64,000 nt of DNA from Moniliella sp. 'wahieum' (Eukaryota), in NCBI GenBank assembly GCA_003971905.1, contig RSEE01000011.1:744001-808000 (forward strand). The letters run 5' to 3'. Under the pieces are notes generated by a model that had not been told where the DNA came from, made no database searches, and saw nothing but the letters and a program-made list of their open reading frames with translations. The position numbers and the translations under genes were made by a program. This document shows positions 12,097 to 25,200 of the stretch, one piece after another. Every line of letters starts with the position of its first letter. Position 1 is the stretch's first letter.

Positions 12097-12949
12097 GGTC
12101 ATGAGGGGAGTCCCGAGGTGGGACCCACCCCATAATTTAGAGGTATAAACCCTTGGACAGGCCAACCGGTGTCTCGCACGGTAGGTCCTGCTACAGATCC
12201 GGTTGAACCGAGAGGGTGTAGAGGCGAGGGAGAGACCCTCTAGTTTGGGTGGCTGCCTGTGTACAAAGGCTGCAGGTCAGACCGTCCGAGGTAGGATGTG
12301 CGGGTGGAGTCGCGTACTTTTAGACCAGTTGAAGGGGTCCAGGATCTTCGAAGTTACGCTGTTCATCGAAGCGTTACTACAGTCGGTACGCTGTAGTAGG
12401 CGCTGGCACAGACAGATCCTAAAAGTGCAAGTGCTACTGATGAGAGTAACCGCGGCTTATAGCGTACTCGACGTGAGTCATAAATTCGTAAGGGTGGTAG
12501 AAGGTCATAGAAGGGATATAGAGGACGGGAAGTCGGGGGCACTAACGATAGGATGGTCGATAGTAATGATCACAGAGAGCAAGCCTTATACACAGTGGCT
12601 GCGTATATGCAGAAAGAACCAAGCCTCACGTGCCTCAAGACAGGTATAAACGGAATGTGAGGAATCTACAGTAGTAAGAGGCAAAGGGCGGTCTGTTCTG
12701 CCAAACGGCTGCGATCCAGTGAGCCGCAGTAGATGTGGGGTTCTGCCAAGACCGGGCACCACAGATATGAGGTTCGTACTGTAAGTCCAGTTCGCCCTTG
12801 GCTCTCCGCGGACAGTATCGGCGGCATGGATAAGGCTCCTTCTGGCTCTCTCTCGCGAGTCTAACGGGACTGAGGCGTGTTTGGACGAGATGTCTATACG
12901 ACATACGGAACTCATCCGCGTCCCGAGATAACCGGAGCTCCCCGTAACA
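12097..12949 (-). mobile_element. Solo-LTR-like dispersed repeat, copy 1
   Basis: ~12097-12665 aligns by eye, in reverse complement, with ~47060-47636. Minus-strand ends are TGTTAC...ATGACC (near TG..CA). No coding capacity; no TSD seen. Confidence 0.7.
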
Positions 12950-13123
12950 ACCTATTGCAGTGGAGAGGGTCAGAGTTCTCTATCTTCGTTGAGTAAAAGA
13001 AAACTACTGCAAGTGTGTACATCATGTGGGCGTCTCATCGGGATCATTCTTCCTTACTGCTATTGATCAACAGAAGCAATCCGTCGCCAGGGGAATCACA
13101 AAAGGCAAACGAACAGTACCACT

Positions 13124-15245
13124 TTAGACAGTGGCACACCCCAAAGGAGGTGGCGGTGGCACCGCTGCCCTCAAAGGCGGTGCGGAGGGTGATGGCAGCG
13201 GCGTAGAGACCCAAGCCCGACATGGTTAGGCCGCCCAGAGAGAGGGTCAATACGAACCACTTGACCAGCCAGGCGGGCAGCTTAACGCCCAGGGGCAATC
13301 GGTACATGCCGCCACCAAGCCGCGGCGCAAGCGGCTCCATTGGGTCCAGTGGTCAACGCGTATATTGCCGCTGTAGGGGTCCACTCGCCATCGGCCGCCA
13401 TAGCATCGGCATGGACGAGCCAAACGAAACAAAGAGGAAGGGGAACGTGTAGGAAAAGTTGCAGATCGCAATGGCCGAGATAAGACCCGAGAGCGAGTTG
13501 ATCTGGGGAATGGCCGAACCAATGATAAACGCAAGTGCCCAGAAGATAATGGCCCACACGCACCAGATCACGCGTCCAGCCCGAGTAAAGATCGAAGGGA
13601 ATCGGAAAATGTCTTCCAGCACACCACGTACGCCACGCGAACGCCGACATTACCGTAAATAGCAGCAGCCACAACAGCATGATGATACTGAAGATGTTGC
13701 ACACTGTCAGAGGGGCGCCTTCTGCCATAATCTGGTACCGACCGACAGAGAGTATTGGCCAGCTGAAGAACATTTCAAGGGTCAGTACGTTTGACAGCAG
13801 GGGGCAAAAAGCGGGGAGGCCATGCGTACCTCCACTGTAGATGACACAGGCGTAAACAACGTAGACGACGTAAATAACAAGCTGGGCAATGCAGCAGCCC
13901 TTCCAGAACGATTTGGGCTGCTTCATCTCAGACACAGTTCAGGGAAGATCATGGCACCACCGTAGGCAAAAATAAGCAGGTTGACACCCTGGATTTGGTC
14001 CGAATGTCAAGGTGAGGCCAGGTGGTTGTAACAGCGGGATGGGCCTCCACCCAACTGTCGGTTTTTTCCAGCTGGATGGCGACGGTGCTGACGTTGTACC
14101 CTTGATCTTGATGACGACCATGCTGGACAAAAGGCAAGAAAAATGGTTAAGATTGACCCGATAAGTACTACAGCAGGAAGAGCGTACCTGATAATGCAAA
14201 TGGCCCAGTTCAGAACGGTAGACAAATTGGACATCAACCCGAGGCCGCGGAGGGACCGGACTGAAGGGAGCAACGAAGAGAATGAGTCAGTACGCGGGGG
14301 TAACAATGTCTGTACCGTGGAGGACACCAAAACTTAACATACTCTGAGCAAGGATCATGCCAATGATCGCAAAGATGACCACGCAGACACTGAAGCAAAG
14401 TTTGTGGTGGTACTGGTGGAGAATCTGGACCAGAGCCTGACCGTTACCAAGCACAAGCAGACCGCAGTTGACGATAAGCTGAATAAACTGGAGGAAAAAA
14501 TGATGTGCGCATCCACGGACCCGAGACGGTGGCCAATGTCACCGTACGTCTTGATAGGGAAGCGAGTCGAGTCGAGTCGGAGGAAAAGCCATTGAATGGC
14601 GAAAGCAGCCACAGCGGCCGCGGCGCAAACACAAAGAAGAGAATGTTGCCTTGGGCCCAGCCGTTTTGACTCATACCATAAGGAGCCGAGCTAGGGCCGA
14701 GAATATCAGTGGTAATCAGAAGAAGACACTGGTAGCGCTGGCAATGCGCATGGGTGGCAGTGGTAAGGCCTTCGAGCGTTTTGGGGTCGGTAATGCCCTC
14801 CAACTGGGGGGTGGAAAGGTCGGCAGTGAGCGTCTCAGGCTTGCCATTAGTTTTTTTCCACAGGGTAGCCGTTTTCATCCACCTCAACGTTTTCGGCGAT
14901 GGTAGCCTCGGCACGAGCGGGCTTGCGTTTCAGCCAGCGCGACTTGCGGTACATGCCGACGAACGTCCACAAACGTGGACGAGATGGCTCCGTGGCCCTT
15001 GAGCTCCTCTTGGCGTTCCTCCTCACGCTGGACCCGGGCCCAGTACATGTACTCCTCGAGAGTAGCGCCATTGTTTCCCGGGTAGACCAATTCGTTATAA
15101 GAGTTCAAGTTGTTGGAGGCCGATGAGTCGCCCTTGTAGTCGTCGAACACACGGTCCTCTTGGGCAATAGCGTGGACGAGATCGTCGCGACCAGTGCAGG
15201 CTCCGAGAGGGCGAGGCCCGCGAGATTGCCGCCAAACGTAGCCAT
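13124..15245 (-). CDS. Amino-acid transporter (Aa_trans/AAAP, Mtr-like neutral amino-acid permease)
   Basis: TLEEYMYWARVQREEE, LITTDILGPSSAPY, LDSTRFPIKTYGD, EMKQPKSFWKG, FIIGSAIPQINSLSGLISAIAICNFSYTFP; many TM segments; several introns. Confidence 0.9.
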
Positions 15246-17088
15246 GACGATAGGGGCTTTTGGGCGCTAGGAAAGGGCGAAAAGGAAAGAGGGGATACGA
15301 TTTGGTTCCAGGCGGTGATTGCCAGTCCACGATATATATGGGCAGCTCATTCGATCCAGTCTCAGATCTCATATCTTACCAGGCTGAGCTGACAGCTGAG
15401 AACGCAGCCTGCTCTGCCCGATATGGACGTGTGCCTGTGGAGGCCAATGTTCCTCGAACAATTCTAGCGCAGCAAACGGCGAGTGTGAGAAAAAAAGGCG
15501 CGCCGACTGTAGCAGGCCAACGGAAGGGTCAACGAGCGAGTGCCATGTGCTGCATGTGTGATTGCGTGTACCTGCCCAACGATGATCGATGATCGATGAT
15601 TAAAGTAGGTTCTGCATGTGCATCCGTTGCATCTCGTTCACCATCAATGATGGACATGGATGATCTGGGGTTGGTCCCCCAGGCCCTCAGGGCCTCAGGC
15701 CTCGCCCCCAACGTCTAAACCTTCCACAGCAACCCCACGCCCTCCCCCACCCATCCTCGTTGAGAAGAGGGTCGGAGTATAGAGCCGTGACATGGGTGAC
15801 AGGTGTAACCGGTGAGACCGATTTGTCGTTGTGCACCGGGAACGTCTTCTGCCGAGACATACGATAATCACCCGCTGCCGAGGCACAAGTGCCCTGGCCG
15901 ACGGAAGCCCGAGCGCGTGAGCTCGCAGCTCGGAGTCGAAACTCGAGGCACTGCCGGCTAGAGTTGCTCAAACTCGAACGAAAGGAGGGACAGGCTCGCG
16001 GGCATTGGGCAACCAGACAGCACAAGATTGGTTTGATGCATGATGCATGGTTGGTTTCAAGCTTTCCGGTCCCACACCCTCCTGGACCCCACGTCCCCGC
16101 ACATCCCCCTTTCTCAAGACAGCTCAAGCCTGAAAGCTACACTGGGGCAATGCCCCGACGGACCGTAGCTCTCAAAACGGGCCAACGTAGCCCATGTCAC
16201 AGTGACAGGTGTGTCCCTGAGAAGGCCTCTGCCCCCCAGCCAGGCCTCAGACCTCAGGAAAGCAGGTCAAACCCAGCGATCATCGATCATCGATCATCCT
16301 TCTAGCCGCACAACGACCAGCAGCCGGCGATTGAGGCCCTGAGGCCTGCGGCCTGACATGTGACATAGCTAGGTAAAGCGGGTGGGACATGGTATTGTTG
16401 TGCGGCTACAGGCTCAGGTGCTGGTTGCACCAGTGCGAGGAGGTCACCGGGTCACCGCCGGCACCGCCGCACATCGGGGGCATACTGGCAGTTAACGTTT
16501 AACACAGTACCTAACGGTCCTAACCCTCAGTACCTAGTATGAAGAAGCTAGTTAGCACCTCAGGAACCACAAGTACCAGCTATGCATCGTGCGCCAGCGC
16601 CAGCGCTTCATGGCCTCAGGCCCCAGGGTTAGTCGGGCCGGTGACCGGTGCCGGTGACCACCTGCCCCGGCTGAGCGGGTGTGAGCGTACTGAACTGAGG
16701 GGCAGACCTGACGCGCTGACGACGCATGGACGTGCTCTCTGCAGGGGTCGGTCCATATAGGTTTGCTCATGCGCTCATGTTTGCTCATGTTTGCTCAGGT
16801 TTGCTCAGGCGCTCAGATTTGCTCTGATACGCGCGGTATGCCACTATCTTTCAACTCTGCCCAACATTCCCAAAGCAACGCGACTCGACTCGATCCTCAC
16901 TCTCAGAATCTCATCGACTCATCGTCATCCATCACTGCATTAACATTCAATAGTGGAAATACCAGTCACGCGTCATGCTGATATCCCGTGTCACATGCAT
17001 GTCACATGTCAGGTGTGATATGCATGGTGTGACATGTGACAGCGGGACAGCTCTCTTCGCCTTCGCGGGGGCAGTTCGGGTTCGGATT

Positions 17089-17123
17089 CCGGTTTGGATG
17101 GCCGATTTGGCCATCCAAACCGG
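17089..17123. repeat. Perfect 15-bp inverted repeat (hairpin)
   Basis: CCGGTTTGGATGGCC-gattt-GGCCATCCAAACCGG. Confidence 0.95.
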
Positions 17124-18406
17124 GCTCCTTCAGAGAAGAGGAAGAGAACATTGCATTTCAAATTTCCAACTGACCCTTTGGAAAGACGCTAAGGTTAACC
17201 CGTTTCCCCGGACACTGCTGGACCGCAAGGTGCCTGGCTCGAGTCGAGGAACACGCGTTGCTCGCAGCTTCGTCCTCGTCATCGACCCTTCGGCCGTATC
17301 GCCCCGGAACCATGGGTGGACACTGCTCTGGGGCGACAATGTGCAACCTCGTGGTTCGGGTGGCGTGCCCACATCTTCCGCCTCGCGGCCGAGACCACAC
17401 CAGACCAGATGTACGTAGTAATGTACCGGCTCCTCCAGTATACCCAGTAGGCTCCAGTGCCCCTGGGTGCCAGACTATAACCTCGTCTCGGTCCCAGCGA
17501 CTAGCGACCATCGACCCTTCCCAGCGTCCCCTAGCGTCTGTGTCTCCGCGGTACACCGGTCCATCTGCCTCCGCCACTTCTGGCATACCGCTTGTTCCCA
17601 TATGGATGGCCAGGATTGCCAGTGTGGCCATCACATATGGATCATCAAAGGAATTAAGCATTCATGCAGTATGAGCAGGAGCAGGGGGATCGGCCAAGTA
17701 ATTAGGGACCATGGAAGGGAACGAGAAAGGCGGTTTTTTTCGAGCCTGAGTGTGCACAACCCAAGGGGTCAGGGCGTACTGTTAGCTGAAGAGAGTAGTG
17801 CAAACAAAATAGTCTGGTTTGTTGGGGAAAATGAACAGAGAAAGGAGAGATGCACCAAGAGAGGCGGATCAGTCTGCCTTCGGGAGCAGAGGCCTTATCA
17901 CGCACTCCCCGAAGTGGCAGTGGCTAAGGCCGGGGGGTTGACTGTTCTGTGGCCTCTTCGACAAAAGCCAGTCTATGATAATACTAGGACGGCAACTGCA
18001 ATGACATTGGACCGTCGTCCCCCATGAGAGGATCCGCTGTGCACATCCCACAATTTGCCACTATACATCCAACTGCGGACGCTAATGGATCCAGATGCGG
18101 GCGTTGGCGACGCCAACAATCTTATATGTGTTCTCCGTTGTTTTGCGGTCCACACTGCCCCAGGCTACCCTCTCTACCCCCCGGTCGCTTGCGAAAACAG
18201 TTGTGGGGTAAAGTCGGTTCCAGATGTCGGCTTCAACAAAGAGCAGGTCTGGTGGTCACCGGTCACCTGTTTTGGTCACTCATCATGCATCACTTGCATC
18301 ACTGCCAGTGGCGGAACTGGACTGGAGGCTAGCCCCAAACAGTGAGGTGGAGCATTTCAACTTGCGACACCACCACTCCTAACCCCACCATCAGCTGATC
18401 CGCATC

Positions 18407-21353
18407 ATGGCGGAGACCGCCACCAAGAGCACCGACCCCTGGGAGGCCGACTTGCGCCCCGCCTGATCTGACCCTCGATGGCAGCAACTCTCTTCTCAGT
18501 CCTGCCGTGTGCAGCGACTTTGACCCGGATGCTTTCCTGCTCTCCCGCCGGCTTGCCGCCTTGCCCGCGCCAGGGGACGAGGAGGCACAAGGGGTGCGCA
18601 GGACCCGCAGGACGAGCAGCTGATTGTACGACAGGACTTATTTGCCATCCTCACTGAGCTGCGGAACCACAGCACCCACCTTTCTGACGAGCTGGCCGAG
18701 GCAATCAACCGCGATTACCGCCAGTTTTTGGCTTGGCGTCCGAGGTGCGCAAGGAGGTTCCACGCATTGAGCGTTTGGCCCACCAGCCAGCCCCTTCCGG
18801 AAAGGGAAAAGGACATCTGTCGCCCCCTTCCCTCCGGCTCCTAGTGAGGGTGTTACAGGGCTGCGATTGGCTATCCATTCAACCCATTCTGAGCTCAAAA
18901 GCCTCCACCAAGAGCTGGCTGATCTCGTTTCGGAACGTTCCCAGGCTCAGAGGACTGATGCATACATTTCCCAGCTGCTCGCGCTCGATACGGAGATCGG
19001 GGCGCTGAAAACTCTTCTTCATTCTTCGGCGGTGGAGAAGAGTGGGCCGAACTTGCAGAAATCCTCAGTGTACACCTTGCAAGGAGGTGATCTCTATTCT
19101 GATGACGAAGACGACGATCCGCTTTGGTCCTCTGTCTCGAGCATCACCACTGTCTCAGAGACGCAAGCTATGGCGACACCAGTGCCTAGCCTCATCCATC
19201 CTGATGTTCTAGAGGATGTGTCTAATCGTCTGTCCAAGCTTTGGGGGACATTGGACTCACTGCAGCAAGAGCGGCAGAAGCTCGCTTCCTCAGAAAACAA
19301 CAGTGAGAGCGATATTGAGCCCTCAGTCAGTCCACTGGTGGATGCATTCATTTACACTCTTATGGACCAAGCATCCCTCTGTCAAACCCATCTCTTCGAT
19401 GCGACAGAGAACGTGCTGAAAGAGCTTCTCAATCGGGATCCAAGCGCAGGGAGTTTGCTGTTTGCCTACTTAAAAGGGAGAGAAGATTCGCATCTTTCCC
19501 TCTTGCGGCTTTCCTCCCCAATGACCAAGACCCATTATCGGAGCAAAGAGACTGGTTTACTCGCTGTCTTTCTATACTTTCGCATCCGCATCCTCGCTCC
19601 CTTCCTTCGGGGGAGACGGCCACCGAGCGAGCGGAGACCTTGTTGGGCCACCATTTGGTGGAGCAAATATTGGATCCTGTATGTGGCCTCCATACTCTGA
19701 TCATGTGAATCGCTGACAATTCCTAGATCCTCTCACCCGAAGCGCTCGTCTCCACATCAACCGTCGACCAGCTCCTGGCCCTCGTCAACGCCCCGGTCGA
19801 CCAGCCTGACCGTTTATCCCATGTGCAAGCTCAAGGGCGTTCTTTAGGCGAGTTGATGTCCTCTACTGGGGACAAGGGGTCACAACAAGCCTAACGAATT
19901 GCTACAACGCCATACTGAGCGTGGCCGAGACTGAGTTGAAGGCCTTGTTCCTCTCTGTGTTGAACAGCTAGACTTGCTCACCGACGTTGTGTGGCCATAC
20001 ATTCTGCGTCTGCTGGAGGCGAGGGTGAGTCAACTCTTCTTGGTCGGACACCCCGATGTGTTCCACCAACTACCTCCTCACCCAGGCCTTCTTATCTTGC
20101 CTGGTGTCCATCCTGCGTCCTCCCTTACCGTTACCTTCCAAGGCCCAACAAGAGTGGACCACTTCCCTCTGGGCTCACCCGCATATACACACTTTAGTCG
20201 GCGCTGGCCCATGGCAGTGTACTGGCAATTACGCATGCGCAGTCGTTGCCCAGTTGGAGCCGGCACTTGCTTCAGAAGAAGGAGGGAGGGGGGAATTCCT
20301 TCTGCGATCGACAGGGGCTACGTGGGATGCTCTTTCTACCATCTGGGATGCCCGAGTGAGCCTTGATGATCTCCTCGCGCGCCAGTGGAAATCAACCTGC
20401 ATTACTATCTCGCTTCTCGCACTGGTTGGAAGACAAGATTGAAGCTCAAGACCTTCTTCCTACATCCGTTCCAGACTCTGCAGAACTAGTAAGCTCTGGA
20501 CGGGCTACCCCTGTCCCATGGAGCGATCCTCGACTCCTCTTCCACGAGGGGGGACCCCCAATCCCCTTGCCCAGCAAGACCGCCTGTTCGCTATGCAGGG
20601 GCAGCAGGACGTGCGCATGACCCGGGCTTTGCGTTTGGCAGCGGATCTGATTCTCCTCCGGGACAAGATGGTTGAACTATTTGAAAAGCGATTGCTCCCT
20701 CGATTGAGCGGGTAGCAGGCTCCTCCGAGGAGGGAATTGAGATGACCCAAGCACTTATGTCCACCCTTCTGACGACGTTCTCGTTTGCACAAGCCAGCGC
20801 GGTGCCCATGCAGTTGGTGACTTTGGCGGTCGTGCCCGTGATCAAGCACAAAGCCCATGACCCGTTCAAGCAACCTCGGTACATTGCCACCCAATATCGC
20901 GCCGTCCTTGCTGCAAACTCGGCGCCTACAGTCTCGTCTTTTATCCCTCAATTCACGTTACCGCTCAAGGAGCTATTCAAAGGGGATGCCCTTGTTCTGC
21001 TGCCTTTGGTCCTCAAACGCGCAATCCTACAACGGGTGGGGAAAGCACTTTTACCTCTTTAAGTGAAGCCTTGAGCGGGGTAAAGGAGACGCATGCTTCC
21101 CTTCGTCGATTGAAAAAGTCCAACCACGCATTGGGATTGGGCTTTGCCGCTGCCCTCTTCTCTGGCTCGGCCCCACCGCCAAAAAAGACCGACGATGATT
21201 TGACTCACCTGATGGCACAGATGGAGGTGGATCTGCAAGCGCTGGAGAAGGGGGGCGGGAAGTGTATTCACTGGCCGAGCGGGGGAACCCGAGTGGTCCA
21301 ACCCAGCGTGGGAGGCTCTGGTACGGGTTGTCAAGAACCAGGAGCAGAAGTAA
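18407..21353 (+). CDS. COG2: Conserved oligomeric Golgi complex subunit 2
   Basis: N-terminal FDPDAFLLSRR...LTELRNHSTHLSDELAEAINRDYRQFL. C-terminal ATQYR...PTVSSFIPQFTLPL and SLRRLKK...TDDD..LMAQMEVDL, resembling the COG2 C-terminus. Intron at ~19679-19727. Confidence 0.8.
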
Positions 21354-21438
21354 TCCGAAGCACTCCACCCTTTTATCGAACAACTATCACTTTAGTTGAT
21401 TTAGTGTACATTTGGATGACGGGAAAGACCCAAGGTTT

Positions 21439-21981
21439 CTAGCTTTCTTGGGCCTTGGCTTGCTGCTGTTGGGCCTGAACGACTTTCTGGGAGCAGGTGA
21501 GCGCAGGACAACGCGACAGAGTAGGGATGAGCACACATACCATACGCAGCACGTCCGTTGCCACACGAAGATTGTCCTGTTTCTTCTGGATCGTCTCTTG
21601 GAGGGAACGGATGCGGTCGTTGAGGAACTTGATCTTGTCCTGGTAGAGCTTGATGGCGGCCGACACATCCTTCTCGACGTAGTACCCCGTTCCAATGTCC
21701 ACCACCACGCGCGATGGTGTTGATCCGACCCGGCACATAAAGCGACGAGGTGAGAGGCACAAGGCTGATCGGAGCATGACCGTCCGGTGCCTTGGCGGCG
21801 CCTGGGCTTGCGAGGAGAGGTACTCGCAGCTGGCGATGCACGAGCGAAACTTGCCCTGGGCCTCGACGAGACGCCCGTACGACGTGGTGAGCACCTTCAG
21901 CTCCTCGTCCAGCTGCTGGCGCACATCGTTGAGCTGTGCCGGCGTCAAGTCCGTCACGTCGACTGCTGGTCCGTCCGACAT
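21439..21981 (-). CDS. GIM5: Prefoldin subunit 5 (alpha type)
   Basis: VDVTDLTPAQLNDVRQQLDEELKVLTTSY, LVPLTSSLYVPG and VVVDIGTGYYVEK. Confidence 0.95.
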   Translation of the reverse strand: MSDGPAVDVTDLTPAQLNDVRQQLDEELKVLTTSYGRLVEAQGKFRSCIASCEYLSSQAQAPPRHRTVMLRSALCLSPRRFMCRVGSTPSRVVVDIGTGYYVEKDVSAAIKLYQDKIKFLNDRIRSLQETIQKKQDNLRVATDVLRMVCVLIPTLSRCPALTCSQKVVQAQQQQAKAQES

Positions 21982-22208
21982 GGTCGCTGAGCTGGCCGAG
22001 GCGGTGGTGGTGGTGGTGGCCGTCGTCGTCGTCCTGGAGGCCCTGGACTGAGATGCGCCACAAGGCGAGCACGAAGCAAAGCAAGCAGAGGACGCGGCGG
22101 GTGACGTAAGGAGGGAGCCCCCCGTCTCTCAACATTTCACTGTCTGACCCGCTGCTTTTTTTTCCCGGTTCTTCTACACCACCACCTCTTTCGCCGGCCT
22201 CGGATCGG

Positions 22209-25200
22209 ATGGCCAGTGCTGCCCTTCCCGCCGCCATCGGGCGCGCCAAGGTCAAGGGTCAAAACATCGGGTGCAGCAGCCGTGGTACCGGTGTTGCCTG
22301 CCGAGGTGGCACCGCTGGTGTCCCAAAAGGAGCACGCCTCCGATCCCGCTTCGGCCCAGGCGCATTTGGCCGCTGCCCTGTCCGCCCTGCCCAGCGCGCC
22401 TCAGCTGCCAGAGCGCCTGGTCGTGCTCACCCACTTTGCCCTGGCAGCAGCTGCCCAGAACTGGTATGGAACCCAGCACGGCTTATTTGCTCGCCGACAC
22501 GGCCTGGACGGGCTTTGCCTCACCGATGCTCCAGCCACTACTGCGGCGACCGGCCTAGTAAACGCGTTTGTCCATCTACCCGGTTCAGTCGCGGCCAACC
22601 TTTCAGTGCAGCGTCTCATTTCTCATGCAAGCACACACATGCTGCGCAAACAGGCCCTCCATGTGCTGGAAGCTCTGTGGTCCGCTACGGCTCGTTGGAC
22701 ATCTTTTTTGATACGAGCCTCTTTGGTTCCACCCAACTTTTTCCATTTACACAGGCCTCCTCTCCGTCCCCCGAGGGGTAGAAACCAACTACCGTCGCCG
22801 TTCCCGTGTTGCTGTTGCTCTGTTGGCAGAGCATGCTCGTCGGCTCGGGATCAGTTTCAAGAAGGGACTTCCTCTTACTGGGGAGGTTAACGTATCCTCC
22901 TGCGTGGGAGGCGTGGACGTCGAGTTGGGTCCAGCCCCTCGCTCACACTCTGATCCATACTATGCGGCAACGATCCGTAATTGCTGCTCATCACCTTCCA
23001 GATCTTTTTGCCCTGTCGCGACATGCGCTGCCTCAGCTCTTACATGCGCTCTGCACCCCTTCCGCGCCCCTCGAGACGCTCAAGGCCCCTGCTGTACTTA
23101 CGGTTCTCCGTGTGGGGAAGGAGATGGGGATGGTCATCACCGGATCGGACGAGCCCAATCTAGGTTCCCTTCCTACCCTCTCCCGCGGAGTGACGGTTGA
23201 GGTGCCCGACTCGCTCCTGGCGTTGTGGCGAAGCGGCCAATGCGGAAGTCCAAGTGGGCACGTTTGGTCTGCTGGTGAGCAGCAAGACTCTGGCCACCCC
23301 CTTCTTGCGAAGGAACGACAGATGATTGGTGCCTACCTCGGCAGCACATTCGTCTTTGTCTCGCCCGAGTCGCGCACGGCTGTGCGCGGGTACTTTATCC
23401 AACTCCTTGACCGGCTTCGCGCAAGTAGCCATGCCGCCTCGCGTGTGCTCAGCAGGCCGTCGGCAAGGAAAGAGCAAGTTGCCGAAGCGCAGCAGGTCGT
23501 GGATGACGCGCACGAATTTCTCACTGTGCTGGTGACGCTTGTGCGGAACCACCTGCATACCAATGCCACGTACGTTGCTACTACGCAGGCAATGGGTATG
23601 CTCCGGTCCCTCCTGACCAATGGAGTGGATCCTGCGTATGCGGTTGACGCTGCGGTTCAAAAGCGGGTAGACCAATTCCCCCGCACTGTCTCGGTAGCGG
23701 ATGAGGACATGGTACGGCGGTTGCTCGAGATGGTCTACTCGACCTACGACACCACCATCCGCGCCTCGGTTGAGCTCTTGGAGAAGTTCCCCCGTCCCCT
23801 CCCTGGGCTTGAGGGGCAAGAAGCAGTGCACAAAGCGCTCGTTCAGCCTGCTTCGAGTCTCCTCTTGGCTGCGCGGGAACATGAGGCGATCACTGCCGCC
23901 GCCCTTTGCAGCTGTACCAAACCTACGTTCCGCTCGGGTACGACTCCTCGACCTCGTTCCCTCTCCGAAAAAGCAGTTGTTTCTCCCGCTTCAACCCGTC
24001 CACGCCATGTTGGACTTTTTGGAGGTTCACATGGCCGCGGCCTCTCCTCCCCCTGGAGGGAAAGGCTTAGTTGGTGCAGCCCTCAGCAACCCGTTGCACG
24101 GCACACTCGTTACCCTCCAAAGGATGTACAGCTCGCTCCCCGCAATCGAAGAGGGCACGCAGTACGCGCGTGAAGTGCAATTGACCAACCATCGAGTGGT
24201 TCAAGATATTGGCAAGGTATGGGACCTTGTCGCCCCCATTCTTACCTCAGCCGCGCCGCGGAGGGAAATGCGGGCGAGGTGGACGAGCGGGAGGCTGCGT
24301 TGGGTGCAGGCGAAGCGTACGAGGAGCAACAAGCGAGTGAAGGGCAAGGCAACCGTGCCCAGGCCGTACTTCACTATTCTTGGCGTGGAATCAAAGAGGC
24401 GTCCACTCTTCTTGCCGAGGTAGTTTCGTCAACCCTCCAGGGAGGCGTGTGGACCACCGAAGAGTTAGCGTCAGTGGGGGAAACATTTATGCATTGGTTG
24501 CTTCACGTCCGTCACCGTGGAGCATTCTCGACCATCTACCCGGCTCTTTCCAAGGTTGCTATTGCTGTCCTCCGAGCCCCTCTGGAGGAGCAACGTGCGC
24601 TCCCCTCTGCATGGCTCGATCAGTTTATCCAGAGGATTGCCGATCCGACCGCCGGAGCCTTGACAATCACTCGTCGCTCGGCCGGGCTCGGATACAGTGT
24701 TGTCGCGCTGCTCTCTGCGTTGTGGCGGTCCGCAAGCTTGACCCTGTAGGAGCGACGGTCGCGCGTCTTGCCTCCATCGCTGAGGCCGACGGGGCGGATG
24801 CACGGAGCGAACACAAGACCCCGACGATTCATGCGTTCAATACGCTGCGCTATATGATGGCAGACAAGTCCCTCTCGTTCCCTCTCCGAATGCACTTGGG
24901 ACCCTTGATCCCCCTTGCGGTCGACCGCTTCCGTTCGCCTCTGTGGCCGGTACGAAACGGTGCGTTGATGTTGTATGCGACGCTTGTCACGCGCATTTTC
25001 ACGTTGCAGGTGGCCAATGCGCATGCTTCCTCGCTCAGCATCACCCTCCCTGACCTCATTGGCCAGTTCCCGGGGTGGATGCGTTTGTCAAGGAAGAACT
25101 GGTTCGTGGCTTGCAAGGTGACGGGGCAGCGGACGTACGCACTCCCCCTCTTTGCCGTCCTGTTACTCTTGGCCCGACTGCGACCTCCGCCCACGGCCCA

